Positions 47,141 through 56,772 of a stretch of 64,000 bases of DNA are shown here, piece by piece (position 1 is the first letter of the stretch; each line of letters starts with the position of its first letter). The position numbers and the translations under genes were made by a program. The stretch is taken from the IMG/VR virus record IMGVR_UViG_3300020054_000866, positions 1 through 64,000 of that record, one strand, 5' to 3'. The notes beneath the pieces were generated by a model that saw only the letters and a list, made by a program, of their open reading frames with translations, did not search any database and was not told where the DNA came from. Origin of the DNA: a virus.

Positions 47141-47997
47141 CAGCAATTCACATCGAAGACGGAGTAAACGGCTACGTTGATCTTGTTCATCACGTGCTTG
47201 AGCACGGCCGCGAGGTGTCCCCACGCGGTGTGAAGACAAGAGAAATTGAAGACGCAACTGTATTCATAGACAACGTGTACGACGCAATGCCGATGGGCGT
47301 TGGTCGAGGTGTCGTCCCGGGCATTGGCGCCGTTGAGGCGTGCCAACTCGTCGCCGGTAGGAGCACGCCACGGACAGTGATTGCTATAGGTCCGCAGTTT
47401 ACGAATTACGCTGAGAACAACGGAGAATTTCACGGAGCGTACGGTCTACGTACAAATGGCCAGTACGCTCACGTTGTAGACAAAATCAAGAGTGACCCAG
47501 ACACGCGGCAAGCAGTCGTGACGATCTGGAACCCTGAGTTTGACAACATGCCACAGAAGCGTGACTACCCATGCACAGTTCTTCATCAGTTTAGAGTTCG
47601 TGACGGCAAACTAAATATGAGTGTCTACATGCGCTCAAACGACGTGTGGCTTGGTGCAGCGTACGACTTTTTCCAGTTCACGCGGGTGCAGTTAGCGATC
47701 TGCTCGATACTTGGAATAGAGCCAGGCACGTATGCGCATCACGTTGGGTCGCTTCACATCTACGAGTCAAATATAGATGCGGTGACTAAGTTGCGTAAGA
47801 CGAGCGCCCCTGTCGACCCAATTCCGTATTTTGCTGGCAACTCGTGGGCAGACGTCGCACTATCTGCGCAGAACTGTCTTCTCGCCGTTGACCCCGAAGC
47901 TTTGCACGTACCGGAGCTAAACGATACAGAGCTCTGGTACGTTAACGCAATGCGCTCCGCTATCGAGAGCAACGAGGCCAAACTCGGAAATGCCTAG
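47125..47997 (+). CDS. Thymidylate-synthase-fold enzyme, probable dCMP hydroxymethylase/methylase
   Basis: GAYG.R, DTRQAV, catalytic PC, RSNDVWLGAAYD (Asp where ThyA has Asn177) and GSLHIY. Confidence 0.8.
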   Translation: MGSSLTAIHIEDGVNGYVDLVHHVLEHGREVSPRGVKTREIEDATVFIDNVYDAMPMGVGRGVVPGIGAVEACQLVAGRSTPRTVIAIGPQFTNYAENNGEFHGAYGLRTNGQYAHVVDKIKSDPDTRQAVVTIWNPEFDNMPQKRDYPCTVLHQFRVRDGKLNMSVYMRSNDVWLGAAYDFFQFTRVQLAICSILGIEPGTYAHHVGSLHIYESNIDAVTKLRKTSAPVDPIPYFAGNSWADVALSAQNCLLAVDPEALHVPELNDTELWYVNAMRSAIESNEAKLGNA

Positions 47998-48202
47998 TGA
48001 TGAAAACGAAGAAGCTTTTGAGTATGCGTCTCCGATGCATGCCGCAGCGATTGGCATGCACGAGATGTACATCACGCTGAAGTCTGCCGGGTTTTCAAGA
48101 ACTGAAGCTCTCGAGTTGATAGCAAGAATGCTTTCATACGGAGTCACAGAGACTCTAATAATTGAGAGCGAGCTTGGTGACGATGACGACGACGACGACT
48201 AA
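47990..48202 (+). CDS. Small acidic hypothetical protein
   Basis: HEMY..L..AGFS..EAL.L pattern; poly-Asp tail. Confidence 0.6.
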   Translation: MPSDENEEAFEYASPMHAAAIGMHEMYITLKSAGFSRTEALELIARMLSYGVTETLIIESELGDDDDDDD

Positions 48203-48671
48203 CGCGCGGCCATCGTGGCAGTCGACATGGCTCACCGTTGCGACTGTTATTTCGCTGCGCTCACGGTGCTCAAGAGCGCAGATGGGCGCAGTTGTAGTGT
48301 CAAAAGACCAGCGTGTCTGCGCCACCGGCTATAACGGGCCGTCGGCGTCGTGGCCTGAAAGCGGCGACTGTATCGACTGGTGCCCAAGAGCGCGCGGCGA
48401 GTCACCACTAGACAACATCTATGACCAGTGCCCGTCAATTCACGCTGAAGCAAACGCGCTGCTGTACGTAGACAGATCAAGCGTTGAAGGCGGAACAATA
48501 TACATCACAAGTCCGCCGTGTATGCAGTGCGCAAAGCTAATTACAAATTCCGGGTTGTTGCACGTCGTATGTTATATTGGCGAGCACGACATGCACCGCA
48601 ATCCGTTGGATGTCGTCGAGTACATTAAAAAGTGTGGAATAAGCGTTACGCTTGTCGCGCACTCGGAGTGA
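48183..48671 (+). CDS. dCMP deaminase
   Basis: RSRC.R..GAV, TGYNG, HAEANA and PCMQC. Confidence 0.9.
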   Translation: MTTTTTNARPSWQSTWLTVATVISLRSRCSRAQMGAVVVSKDQRVCATGYNGPSASWPESGDCIDWCPRARGESPLDNIYDQCPSIHAEANALLYVDRSSVEGGTIYITSPPCMQCAKLITNSGLLHVVCYIGEHDMHRNPLDVVEYIKKCGISVTLVAHSE

Positions 48672-48677
48672 CGTATA

Positions 48678-50495
48678 GTGGCTGATCTTTCTCAAGTACA
48701 ACTTCACCTTGTCAACAGCGTAGAGTCTGCGAATGACTTTCTTTCGTGGCTTAGCGAACGACGGCCACACAACGCCATCGCGATCGACACGGAGACGGGC
48801 GAGATACCTGGAAACCCGAGGCAGCATGCGCTGTCACCGTGGCACGGACGTCTTCGGCTAGTTCAGGTCGGTGATGGCATGCAGGGCTGGTCAATACCGT
48901 GGGACGAATGGTCGGGAGTGTTCTACCAGGCGATGGAGCGCTTTGACGGTCCGATCGTCTGCCACAACATCGCGTTCGAGGCACGCTGGTTTGAGACTCA
49001 GTCACGCTGGAAAATGCCATGGCATCGCGCGCATGACACGATGATTATGGCTCACATTGTCGACCCGCTTGGTTCAGGCGCACTGAAGCGTCTTGCCGCG
49101 CTGCACGTCGACGCGCGTGCAGTTGCATTACAAGACACTCTTGATCAAGAGCTATCAGCCAACGGTTGGACCTGGGGAACTGTTCCCACAAACTTTGAGC
49201 CGTACTGGTCGTATGGCGCGCTCGACTGCGTTCTTACAATGCGTCTCTGGGAAATGTTCTACGAAAAGTGCGGACCTAACGGCGCGTACCACAAACCGTA
49301 TGAGCTCGAGATGGCGACTCGTAAGATCGTCACGAGAATGGAGATCAACGGCGCTCGAGTTGATCTTGACTACTCGCAGAGAAAGTACAACGAGCTTAGC
49401 TCATACACCGAGTCTGTAAAGAACTGGGCTAAGAATACGTACAACGGAACTTCTATAACGAGCAACATACAACTTGTTCGGCTGTTTGAGAGTCTTGGCG
49501 CTGAGATCACTGAGTTTACTCCGACCGGTCAGAAGTCTTGCACAAAGGATCAATTGAGGCTGCTAGCACAGAGCCCGATAGCGGAGGTCGCTAATCTCGC
49601 GGACACTGTTCTCAAGCAGCGTAAGGCCGACAAACTTGCTGGAACGTACTTTCTAAACTTTCTCACTGAGTCAATTGACGGCATTGTTCACCCGTCTGTG
49701 AAGACTCTTGGCGCTCGAACGAGCAGAATGTCGATCACAAATCCGGCGCTACAGACATTGCCGAAAGGCGATGACGTTGTTCGCCGAGCGTTCATCCCAA
49801 AAGACGATGACCACGTGATTATCACTTCTGACCTCGACCAGGTTGAGTTCAGAATGTTCGCGTCTCTATCTAAAGATCCAAATCTAATTACGCTGTTCAA
49901 CAGGGCGGACGCAACTGGCTCTGACCCGTTCACGGAGATTGGCAGAGAGATCTACAACGATCCGACGATGCAGAAGTCCGATAAGCGCCGCGCGCTGATT
50001 AAAGGCACGGTGTACGGAAGACTCTATGGCGCCGGTGTCGCGAAGCAAGCCGTAACTGCCGGCGTTCCTGAGCCACAGATGCGACAAGTTTCTGATGCAT
50101 TTGATCGCAGATTTCCGGGCATGTCGTACTTTCAAAAGCAGATCGAGGACGCCGGCATGCGAAGGTTGCAGAGCGAGGGCCAAGGCTACGTATATACGTG
50201 GACAGGAAGAAGACTGCCGTGCGACGAAGACAGAGTTTACACGCTTGTGAACTACCTCATTCAGGGTGGAGCGGCAGAGGTCTTCAAAGCAAATCTTGTC
50301 AAACTCGATCAAGCCGATTTGACTGAACTTCTCATCGTCCCGGTTCACGACGAAATAGTTCTACAGGCGCCACGAAAAGACGCAGACGAGATCAAGCAGA
50401 TAGTGAAGCAATGCATGACCACGTCTGACGGCTGGGATGTGCCACTGACCGCTGACGTAGACGGCCCGCTAGAGACGTGGGGCGACAAGTACTAG
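48678..50495 (+). CDS. polA: Family A DNA polymerase with a 3'-5' exonuclease domain
   Basis: Exo motifs DTET / HN..FE / YGALD; motif A DLDQVEFR, motif B R...KGTVYGRLYG and motif C VHDE. Confidence 0.93.
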   Translation: MADLSQVQLHLVNSVESANDFLSWLSERRPHNAIAIDTETGEIPGNPRQHALSPWHGRLRLVQVGDGMQGWSIPWDEWSGVFYQAMERFDGPIVCHNIAFEARWFETQSRWKMPWHRAHDTMIMAHIVDPLGSGALKRLAALHVDARAVALQDTLDQELSANGWTWGTVPTNFEPYWSYGALDCVLTMRLWEMFYEKCGPNGAYHKPYELEMATRKIVTRMEINGARVDLDYSQRKYNELSSYTESVKNWAKNTYNGTSITSNIQLVRLFESLGAEITEFTPTGQKSCTKDQLRLLAQSPIAEVANLADTVLKQRKADKLAGTYFLNFLTESIDGIVHPSVKTLGARTSRMSITNPALQTLPKGDDVVRRAFIPKDDDHVIITSDLDQVEFRMFASLSKDPNLITLFNRADATGSDPFTEIGREIYNDPTMQKSDKRRALIKGTVYGRLYGAGVAKQAVTAGVPEPQMRQVSDAFDRRFPGMSYFQKQIEDAGMRRLQSEGQGYVYTWTGRRLPCDEDRVYTLVNYLIQGGAAEVFKANLVKLDQADLTELLIVPVHDEIVLQAPRKDADEIKQIVKQCMTTSDGWDVPLTADVDGPLETWGDKY

Positions 50496-50812
50496 TGAAT
50501 AGGTACATGGAAAAAGCGATAGAGCTCGCTCACAGCAGCAAGTGCAGGCACAAGCACGGGTGCGTTGTAGTCAAAAACGGAAAGATCATTTCAAAAGCCA
50601 CAAACAAAAAAGTCGGAGACCCGTCCGTGGAGTTTCGTCTCGCGCTTCACGCGGAGTTTGCGGCTGTTGTAGCGGCAGGAACGCACGCCGCGGGTTCAAC
50701 AGTCTATGTAGCCAGAGTCCAAGCAGACGGCTCGACTGCGCTGTCTAAGCCTTGTAAGAAGTGTGAAAATATGATGAAAAGATCTGGAGTATCTAAGGTA
50801 GTGTGGACATGA
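50495..50812 (+). CDS. Second cytidine/dCMP-deaminase-family protein
   Basis: HGCVVVKNG.II, HAE and SKPCKKC. Confidence 0.8.
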   Translation: MNRYMEKAIELAHSSKCRHKHGCVVVKNGKIISKATNKKVGDPSVEFRLALHAEFAAVVAAGTHAAGSTVYVARVQADGSTALSKPCKKCENMMKRSGVSKVVWT

Positions 50813-51273
50813 CAATTTATTTGTGCGTCGATCCAGGAAAAATGAGCGGTATAGCCGCCATAAGCTACGACCATCAAGAAGCGCCAGAGCTAGTCGCGTC
50901 AGGCGAGTACGACGCCAGAAACTATCATAAGCCGATCATAGAAACTATTGTAGCGTCTTATTACACTAAGACACCGATCAAGGTGATTTGTGAAAGGTTT
51001 ACGATCAACGCGCAGACTGTTAAGAACTCTCAAGCGCCGTACAGTCTAGAGCAGATCGGAGTTCTCAAGCACTTGATGCTTGTAAATGGGCTTGAACCCG
51101 ACGACATAGTGTTTCAGTCACCGTCAGACGCAAAGAGAATGTTTGACAACAGCGCACTGAAAAAGTTAGACTTTTGGCACAAAGGTGGAGACGGCCATGC
51201 GCTTGACGCGATACGTCACGGTTTGTTGGCAGTCACAAAGGATGGCTGGGTGCCTCGTGCTTTGTTACAATAG
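50809..51273 (+). CDS. RuvC-like Holliday junction resolvase
   Basis: CVDPGK.SG, ICERF, E.IG.L and H..DA.RH. Confidence 0.7.
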   Translation: MTIYLCVDPGKMSGIAAISYDHQEAPELVASGEYDARNYHKPIIETIVASYYTKTPIKVICERFTINAQTVKNSQAPYSLEQIGVLKHLMLVNGLEPDDIVFQSPSDAKRMFDNSALKKLDFWHKGGDGHALDAIRHGLLAVTKDGWVPRALLQ

Positions 51274-51362
51274 ATACTGAAGAAAAAACTTCAACATGTG
51301 CATACTTTGCACTGTAATATGTGATACAGTGATGATTACTCAACGACGACAAGAGGTTTTTA

Positions 51363-53159
51363 GTGGCAGTTCAGGTAGAACTAAGTCAAGACGGCTCCTC
51401 AATTCACATTCATGCTGAGTGGCGATACAAAGAGCTATGTAAGAGCATCCCCGGCGCGTCGTGGGCTGCAAAAGATGGTGTTTGGAAGGTTCCTACAAGT
51501 TGGGCCTCGTGCTTGGCACTGCGATCTGTCTTTCGCGAAGAACTTGAGATCGGTAGCAGACTAACAGACTGGGCAGTCAATGAGCGCACGTCACGAGTAG
51601 ACCCGTGTAATTCACTCCGTGAGCTCGAGGCACTTCCAGACGGCGACGGCTACAATGAAGATCTGTTCCCGCACCAGCGCGCTGGAGTCGAGTTTCTCGC
51701 TGCTGCACGTCGCGCGCTTCTCGCCGATGAGCCGGGGCTAGGAAAAACAGCACAGGCTATTCGAGGATTAAAGAAAATCCAAGATCTCGGTGATGAGGTA
51801 TTCCCGGCTCTCATCGTTTGCCCGAACACCGTCAAGAAAACTTGGAAACGCGAGTTTTCTCTTTGGTGGCCAGAGGTAAACGTTCAGGTTATCGCCGGGT
51901 CTGCGGCTCAGAGACGCAAGCAGTTTGAAGAAGAAGCAGACGTCTACGTGATCAACTGGGAATCTCTTCGAGCGCACTCAAGGCTTGCGCCATACGGGTC
52001 TGTTGCGCTTGCTCGATGCGTTGAGTGCGGGGGTCACGACGACAAAGTCAGTGAGACTCGTTGCGAGGTCCACCAACGTGAGCTAAATCAGATTGATTTC
52101 AAGGCGGTTGTAGCCGACGAGATCCACAGATCGAAGGACCCAAAGAGCAAGCAGACGCGTGCGCTATGGTCTGCGACTGGCGAGGCCGACATTAGATTCG
52201 CGATGACTGGCACTCCAATCGCTAATGACGTTCTTGATTTTTGGCCGATTCTGCATTGGATTTCCCCCGAGGAGTGGCCGAGCAAGACTAGGTGGATCGA
52301 CAGAATGGTCGACATCATGCTCAACGCATTTGGTGGCATGATGGTTCTTGGCGTAAAGCCGCACATGCGCGATGAGTTCTACGCCGCAATCAACCCGAGG
52401 ATGCGTAGGATGCTTAAAGAGCGCGTGCTCCCATGGCTCCCGCCCGTAATCATGGACAGACGCGATGTCGAGATGTCGGCTAAGCAACGAAAAGCGTACA
52501 CTCAGATGCAGGAAGTAATGATCGCCGAACTGGAGCACGGCGATGCTATTACTGCGCCAAGTCCGTTGACACAGACACTTCGTCTACTTCAATTTGCAAG
52601 CTCTTTTGCGGAGATAGACGTAGACGAAATGACTGGAGAAATCCAAGTAAAGCTCGCTGAGCCATCGTGCAAGGTCGACGCGTTGATGGACGATATACAG
52701 AACGGAGACTTTGGAGATGACTCAGTTGCCGTCTGCGCTGTTTCTAGGCAGCTAATTGAACTGCTGAGCGCGCGCCTAGAAAAAGCCAAAATTCCTCACG
52801 GGCTAATCACAGGCGCACAGGACGAAGACGAGCGTCAGCAGGCAATTGATGATTTCCAAGAAGGAAGAATCAAGTGGATTCTCTTCACCGCGCAGGCGGG
52901 TGGCGTTGGAGTGACGTTGACTGCTGCTCGGCGGCTTATCATGCTTCAGCGCCCGTGGTCACTTGTCGACTACAAACAGGCACTAGACAGAGTTCATCGC
53001 ATCGGGTCAGAGATTCACGACTCTATTTTGATCACGGACTACGTTACCGAGGGCACTATTGAGGAGAGAGTCATTGACGTGCTGGACGTAAAATCTGAGA
53101 ACTTTGAAGAAGTCGTTCAAGATAAAGCAAAGCTTCTCAAGATGCTAAAGGGAGAGTGA
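51363..53159 (+). CDS. SNF2-family helicase
   Basis: LLADEPGLGKT, DEIH, TGTP, GVGVTLT and QALDRVHRIG. Confidence 0.92.
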   Translation: MAVQVELSQDGSSIHIHAEWRYKELCKSIPGASWAAKDGVWKVPTSWASCLALRSVFREELEIGSRLTDWAVNERTSRVDPCNSLRELEALPDGDGYNEDLFPHQRAGVEFLAAARRALLADEPGLGKTAQAIRGLKKIQDLGDEVFPALIVCPNTVKKTWKREFSLWWPEVNVQVIAGSAAQRRKQFEEEADVYVINWESLRAHSRLAPYGSVALARCVECGGHDDKVSETRCEVHQRELNQIDFKAVVADEIHRSKDPKSKQTRALWSATGEADIRFAMTGTPIANDVLDFWPILHWISPEEWPSKTRWIDRMVDIMLNAFGGMMVLGVKPHMRDEFYAAINPRMRRMLKERVLPWLPPVIMDRRDVEMSAKQRKAYTQMQEVMIAELEHGDAITAPSPLTQTLRLLQFASSFAEIDVDEMTGEIQVKLAEPSCKVDALMDDIQNGDFGDDSVAVCAVSRQLIELLSARLEKAKIPHGLITGAQDEDERQQAIDDFQEGRIKWILFTAQAGGVGVTLTAARRLIMLQRPWSLVDYKQALDRVHRIGSEIHDSILITDYVTEGTIEERVIDVLDVKSENFEEVVQDKAKLLKMLKGE

Positions 53160-53160
53160 C

Positions 53161-54111
53161 ATGACAGTTCTAGAGACTCCGGTAGAAATCAAGCCAATAC
53201 GCATATCCAACTCCGAGATTCAAACGTTTAAAGACTGTAGAAGAAAGTGGTGGCTAAGCTACTATAGAAGACTTCAGCCACGTGCACAAAAATACACTGG
53301 CCCACTGGCGCTCGGCACCAGGGTCCATGCGGCTCTAGACGAGTACTACTCGCAAGGAGTACCGCTTCTTGAGTCGTACGCAAAGTACGTCGAGATCGAC
53401 AAGCAAGCGCTCATTGACTCGTTTAGGGACACAGTTGAACTTGACACTGAAGCCGAACTCGGCAGAATCATGCTTGAGGGCTACCTCGAGTGGGTAGAGG
53501 AAAACGGAATTGACGCAGAACTAGAGATGATCTCGACTGAGGAGATCATCAGCATGCCACTCTTCGATGGCAGAGTCGAGTTGCAGGGAAAACTTGACAT
53601 GCGAGTCCGCAGAAAGGCGGACGGTGTTCGACTGTTTAGAGACTTCAAGACAGTCGGTGGCTCGTTTGCAGAGTTCGCCAGTCTTGCTCACATGAATGAG
53701 CAGATTCTTACGTACATGCTTCTTGAAGCGTATCAGAACAAAGATGGCGAGCGCTGCGACGGTGGCATCTTTACGATGCTCAAGAAGGTGAAAAGAACTG
53801 CTAATGCAAAGCCTCCGTTCTACGATCAGATAGAGGTTCGGCATAATCAGTTTACGCTAAGAACTTTTTGGAATCGCATACACGGAGTAATTCAAGACAT
53901 GCTTCGAGTACGTGACGCTCTTGACGAAGGCTCTGACCCGCACTACGTTGCGTACCCGAGCCCCAGCCGAGATTGCAAGTGGAAATGTCAGTTTTTCGCT
54001 GTGTGCCCGCTGTTTGACGACGGTAGCGCAGCAGAGCAAGCACTTGAGGAGCTTTTCATTACAGATGACCCGTACAGCTATTATCAGACAAATGAGCCGA
54101 AAGGTAACTAA
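53161..54111 (+). CDS. Cas4/RecB-like PD-(D/E)XK exonuclease
   Basis: ISNS....CRRKW, GT.VH, GKLD, DFKT, Q..TY and the C-terminal C...C.....C staple. Confidence 0.88.
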   Translation: MTVLETPVEIKPIRISNSEIQTFKDCRRKWWLSYYRRLQPRAQKYTGPLALGTRVHAALDEYYSQGVPLLESYAKYVEIDKQALIDSFRDTVELDTEAELGRIMLEGYLEWVEENGIDAELEMISTEEIISMPLFDGRVELQGKLDMRVRRKADGVRLFRDFKTVGGSFAEFASLAHMNEQILTYMLLEAYQNKDGERCDGGIFTMLKKVKRTANAKPPFYDQIEVRHNQFTLRTFWNRIHGVIQDMLRVRDALDEGSDPHYVAYPSPSRDCKWKCQFFAVCPLFDDGSAAEQALEELFITDDPYSYYQTNEPKGN

Positions 54112-54114
54112 CAC

Positions 54115-54864
54115 ATGAGTGGTATTCAACGGTCGTTGACCATTATGGTCTACGGCGAGTCAAAGGTCGGAAAGTCGACATTCGCAGTGACAGCACCGTA
54201 CCCGCGTCTCATGCTCGACGTGGAGGGCGGACACAGATTCCTCCCGATCAACGTAAAGTACTGGGACCCGATGCGCGAGGAGCCTCCTGTAGCAGATGGA
54301 AGCTGGGACACGTGCGTTGTCAACGTGACCGAGTACGACACTGTTCTCAAGGCGTACCAGTGGCTGCAGCTCGGTAAGCATCAGTTCAAGTCGCTGATCA
54401 TCGACTCGATCTCAGAGCTCCAGGTAAAGTGCGTCGACAGCATTGCTGGAAAGAATCAAATGCAGATGCAACAGTGGGGCGAGCTTCTTCGTCACATGGG
54501 CGGTCTGCTTCGAGATCTCCGCGATCTTACGATGCACCCAGTCGCGCCTCTGGAGGCGATCGTACTTACCGCGATGGCAAGAATGGGTCAAGACGGTCGC
54601 TATCGTCCGTACCTCCAGGGGCAGCTTGCCATTCAGGCACCGTACTTCTACGACATTCTCGGCGCGGTTACCGTCGAGACATTCCCAAATCCTGACCCAA
54701 CGCAGCCGCCAATCAAGGCGCGTCAAATGTACGTCGAGCGTACTAGCGACTACGAGGCAGGCGAGCGTGTTCAGGGACGACTTGGTAAAGTCGTCGATCA
54801 ACAGAATCTCAGCGTCGAGTCGATGCTGGACATTGTCTTCGGCCCTCGGCCGAGTGAAAGCTAA
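54115..54864 (+). CDS. Sak4-like AAA_24 ATPase (ssDNA annealing recombinase)
   Basis: YGESKVGKST, DVEGG and IIDSISE; lies between a Cas4-like gene and DUF669. Confidence 0.85.
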   Translation: MSGIQRSLTIMVYGESKVGKSTFAVTAPYPRLMLDVEGGHRFLPINVKYWDPMREEPPVADGSWDTCVVNVTEYDTVLKAYQWLQLGKHQFKSLIIDSISELQVKCVDSIAGKNQMQMQQWGELLRHMGGLLRDLRDLTMHPVAPLEAIVLTAMARMGQDGRYRPYLQGQLAIQAPYFYDILGAVTVETFPNPDPTQPPIKARQMYVERTSDYEAGERVQGRLGKVVDQQNLSVESMLDIVFGPRPSES

Positions 54865-54898
54865 CAACAACAACAACACCAAAGGATAGGTGATAGAC

Positions 54899-55495
54899 AT
54901 GACTAGCCTCAACTGGGGTGACCTCATCAGCGAAGCAGGGGATGTTGGCTACGAGCCACTTCCCGACGGCGACTACGATCTCAAGATCGTGGAGGCAAAC
55001 GCCAAGGTGACTCAGACTGGAAAGACGATGTTCGCAGTCAAGGCGCAGGTTACGACTGGCGCCCACGCGAAGCGTCTCGTCTGGGACAATCTCGTCGTTT
55101 CGACCGACAACCCGAACGCTCTCGCGATCTTCTTCAGGAAGATGGGAGCTCTCGGTCTCGGTCGTGACTTCTTCTCAACCAACCCGAGCAACGCTCAGAT
55201 CGAGCAGGCGCTTGTAGATCGCCCGTTCCGCGGGCAGGTTGGCAGCCGCACTTGGCAGGGCCAGAAGAAGAACGAGATCAAGGCGTACTACTCGGCCAAT
55301 CCGGCGAACGCCGTTGCCGCGTCTGCCCCTCCCGCCGCAGCTGCGGCCCCTCCCGCTGCTGCGCCAGCGCCGCCCACGGCGCCGGCTCCGGCTCCGGCCG
55401 CGCCGGTCGCTGCGCCAGAGGCCGCGCCTGTTGCGGAAGCAGCGCCCGCTGCTGCTGAGGCAGCCCCCTCAGCGCCGCCTGCTGCGCCGTTCTGA
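54899..55495 (+). CDS. DUF669-like single-stranded DNA-binding protein
   Basis: YEPLPDGDY...I..A....TGK.M; Ala/Pro-rich tail ending PF. Confidence 0.8.
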   Translation: MTSLNWGDLISEAGDVGYEPLPDGDYDLKIVEANAKVTQTGKTMFAVKAQVTTGAHAKRLVWDNLVVSTDNPNALAIFFRKMGALGLGRDFFSTNPSNAQIEQALVDRPFRGQVGSRTWQGQKKNEIKAYYSANPANAVAASAPPAAAAAPPAAAPAPPTAPAPAPAAPVAAPEAAPVAEAAPAAAEAAPSAPPAAPF

Positions 55496-55508
55496 TAGCT
55501 GTAGGTGA

Positions 55509-55558
55509 GTCGCCCGCTCCGTCTTCAGGGGCGGGCGGCTAGCCTGCAATTTCTTTTC
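55509..55558 (+). terminator. Putative intrinsic terminator
   Basis: gtcgcccgctcc-gtcttca-ggggcgggcggc, with a T-rich tract downstream. Confidence 0.55.
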
Positions 55559-55569
55559 TAAGGACACAA

Positions 55570-56772
55570 ATGCGTATTCTAATGACAGGTTTTACCGCTC
55601 TGCAAATAAACACAGAGCGTAGAACGATCAAGAAGATCGACGTGCCAGCGTCTATTGCCGAAGCACTCGAGTCTCGAGGGCACTCTGTCGACTGGAGAAG
55701 AGTGACTCCCGGGGAAGATCTCTCATCATACGACGTCGCCTGGGTAAACCTTGCGCCGCTAAACTCGCTGAACGGTCGCCAGGGCGCGATGGGTGCGCTG
55801 TACACGCTCTCCTCTGGTCTGCCCGCCGTTGGATTCTTCGATGACTGGCAATTCGCCGCAGTGTTTAACGCGTCACGAGCGTTGAAGCGACATCCAGAGC
55901 TTCTGTATAAGTATCTATTGTCTGGGCCGAGAGGCGATGAGCCGGCGACGTACTACTCGTATGATGACGCGAAGGCAGCACTTGATCGCGTCGCGGCGAA
56001 GAACCCTGAGGACGCAGCGAAATGCGGTCTTGGGCGGTACTTCTTCAATGACACTGACGAGAACATCAAGCTTTACGAAAACCAACTTGTCGCTGCTGGA
56101 GAGTCTATGCTCGCTGAGCGCTGGGCAGCAGGCCTTGTTCCGGCGTGCCCAATGTACGCGTTTGGTGATAGGCAGCTCGTAAGAAAGCGAATGCCTAAGG
56201 AAATGAATGGCATAGAAGCGCTCGACCCGAGCTCGACTATCTATAACATCCTAGCGAGCAGCGAGCCGCTGCCACCGGAGAGCAAGCAGAGATCGTGGGT
56301 TCTCGGCGCGCTGATGCCGCACGATACGTGGCTAGAAAAGAAGAAGCCCGAGTGGCCGGTAGAAATCATCGGAAGCAGAAAGCTTATTAAGAAGTTCGGC
56401 GGGCAGCGTCTTGACACGGAAGAAGACGTTCTAGCGTTCTACAACAATCACTGGGGGATTCTGTCTCCGCCGTATCCACACGCTGGCAGCGGTTGGTGGA
56501 GAAGCAGATTTATGTACGCCGCTCGAGTTAGGTCTATTCTTGTAGTAGATAAAGGCGAAGGCGACCCTATCGGTGACGCGTACAAAATCACAATCAAACA
56601 AGTCGAGAGTATGAGCGACGCTGAGCTCGAGGAAACTGCCAGAGCGCAGGCCGAGTCTCTTCGCCCGTACATGCCAAGCTACGATTCTTTTGTAGATCAC
56701 TGCGAAAGAATTGTTCTTAGGGCGATCAACGAAGACAAAGGTTTGAAGATACACCCAGACGGAAGTAGATGA
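55570..56772 (+). CDS. Putative GT-B-fold (DNA) glycosyltransferase
   Basis: MRILMTGFT, L..RGHSVDW, FFDDWQ and GIL.PPYPHAGSGWWR.R; sits in the nucleotide-modification cluster. Confidence 0.6.
   Translation: MRILMTGFTALQINTERRTIKKIDVPASIAEALESRGHSVDWRRVTPGEDLSSYDVAWVNLAPLNSLNGRQGAMGALYTLSSGLPAVGFFDDWQFAAVFNASRALKRHPELLYKYLLSGPRGDEPATYYSYDDAKAALDRVAAKNPEDAAKCGLGRYFFNDTDENIKLYENQLVAAGESMLAERWAAGLVPACPMYAFGDRQLVRKRMPKEMNGIEALDPSSTIYNILASSEPLPPESKQRSWVLGALMPHDTWLEKKKPEWPVEIIGSRKLIKKFGGQRLDTEEDVLAFYNNHWGILSPPYPHAGSGWWRSRFMYAARVRSILVVDKGEGDPIGDAYKITIKQVESMSDAELEETARAQAESLRPYMPSYDSFVDHCERIVLRAINEDKGLKIHPDGSR

Noticed and set aside
47125-47997. Ordinary thymidylate synthase (thyA)
   Set aside because: The specificity residue is Asp rather than Asn and the context is a modification cluster, so no gene symbol was assigned.
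53161-54111. Cas4-like nuclease as evidence of a CRISPR system
   Set aside because: It stands alone within a Sak4/DUF669 recombination module, which is common in phages.
54863-54879. (AAC)n microsatellite upstream of the DUF669 gene
   Set aside because: It is short and most simply an unstructured A/C-rich translational enhancer before the RBS.
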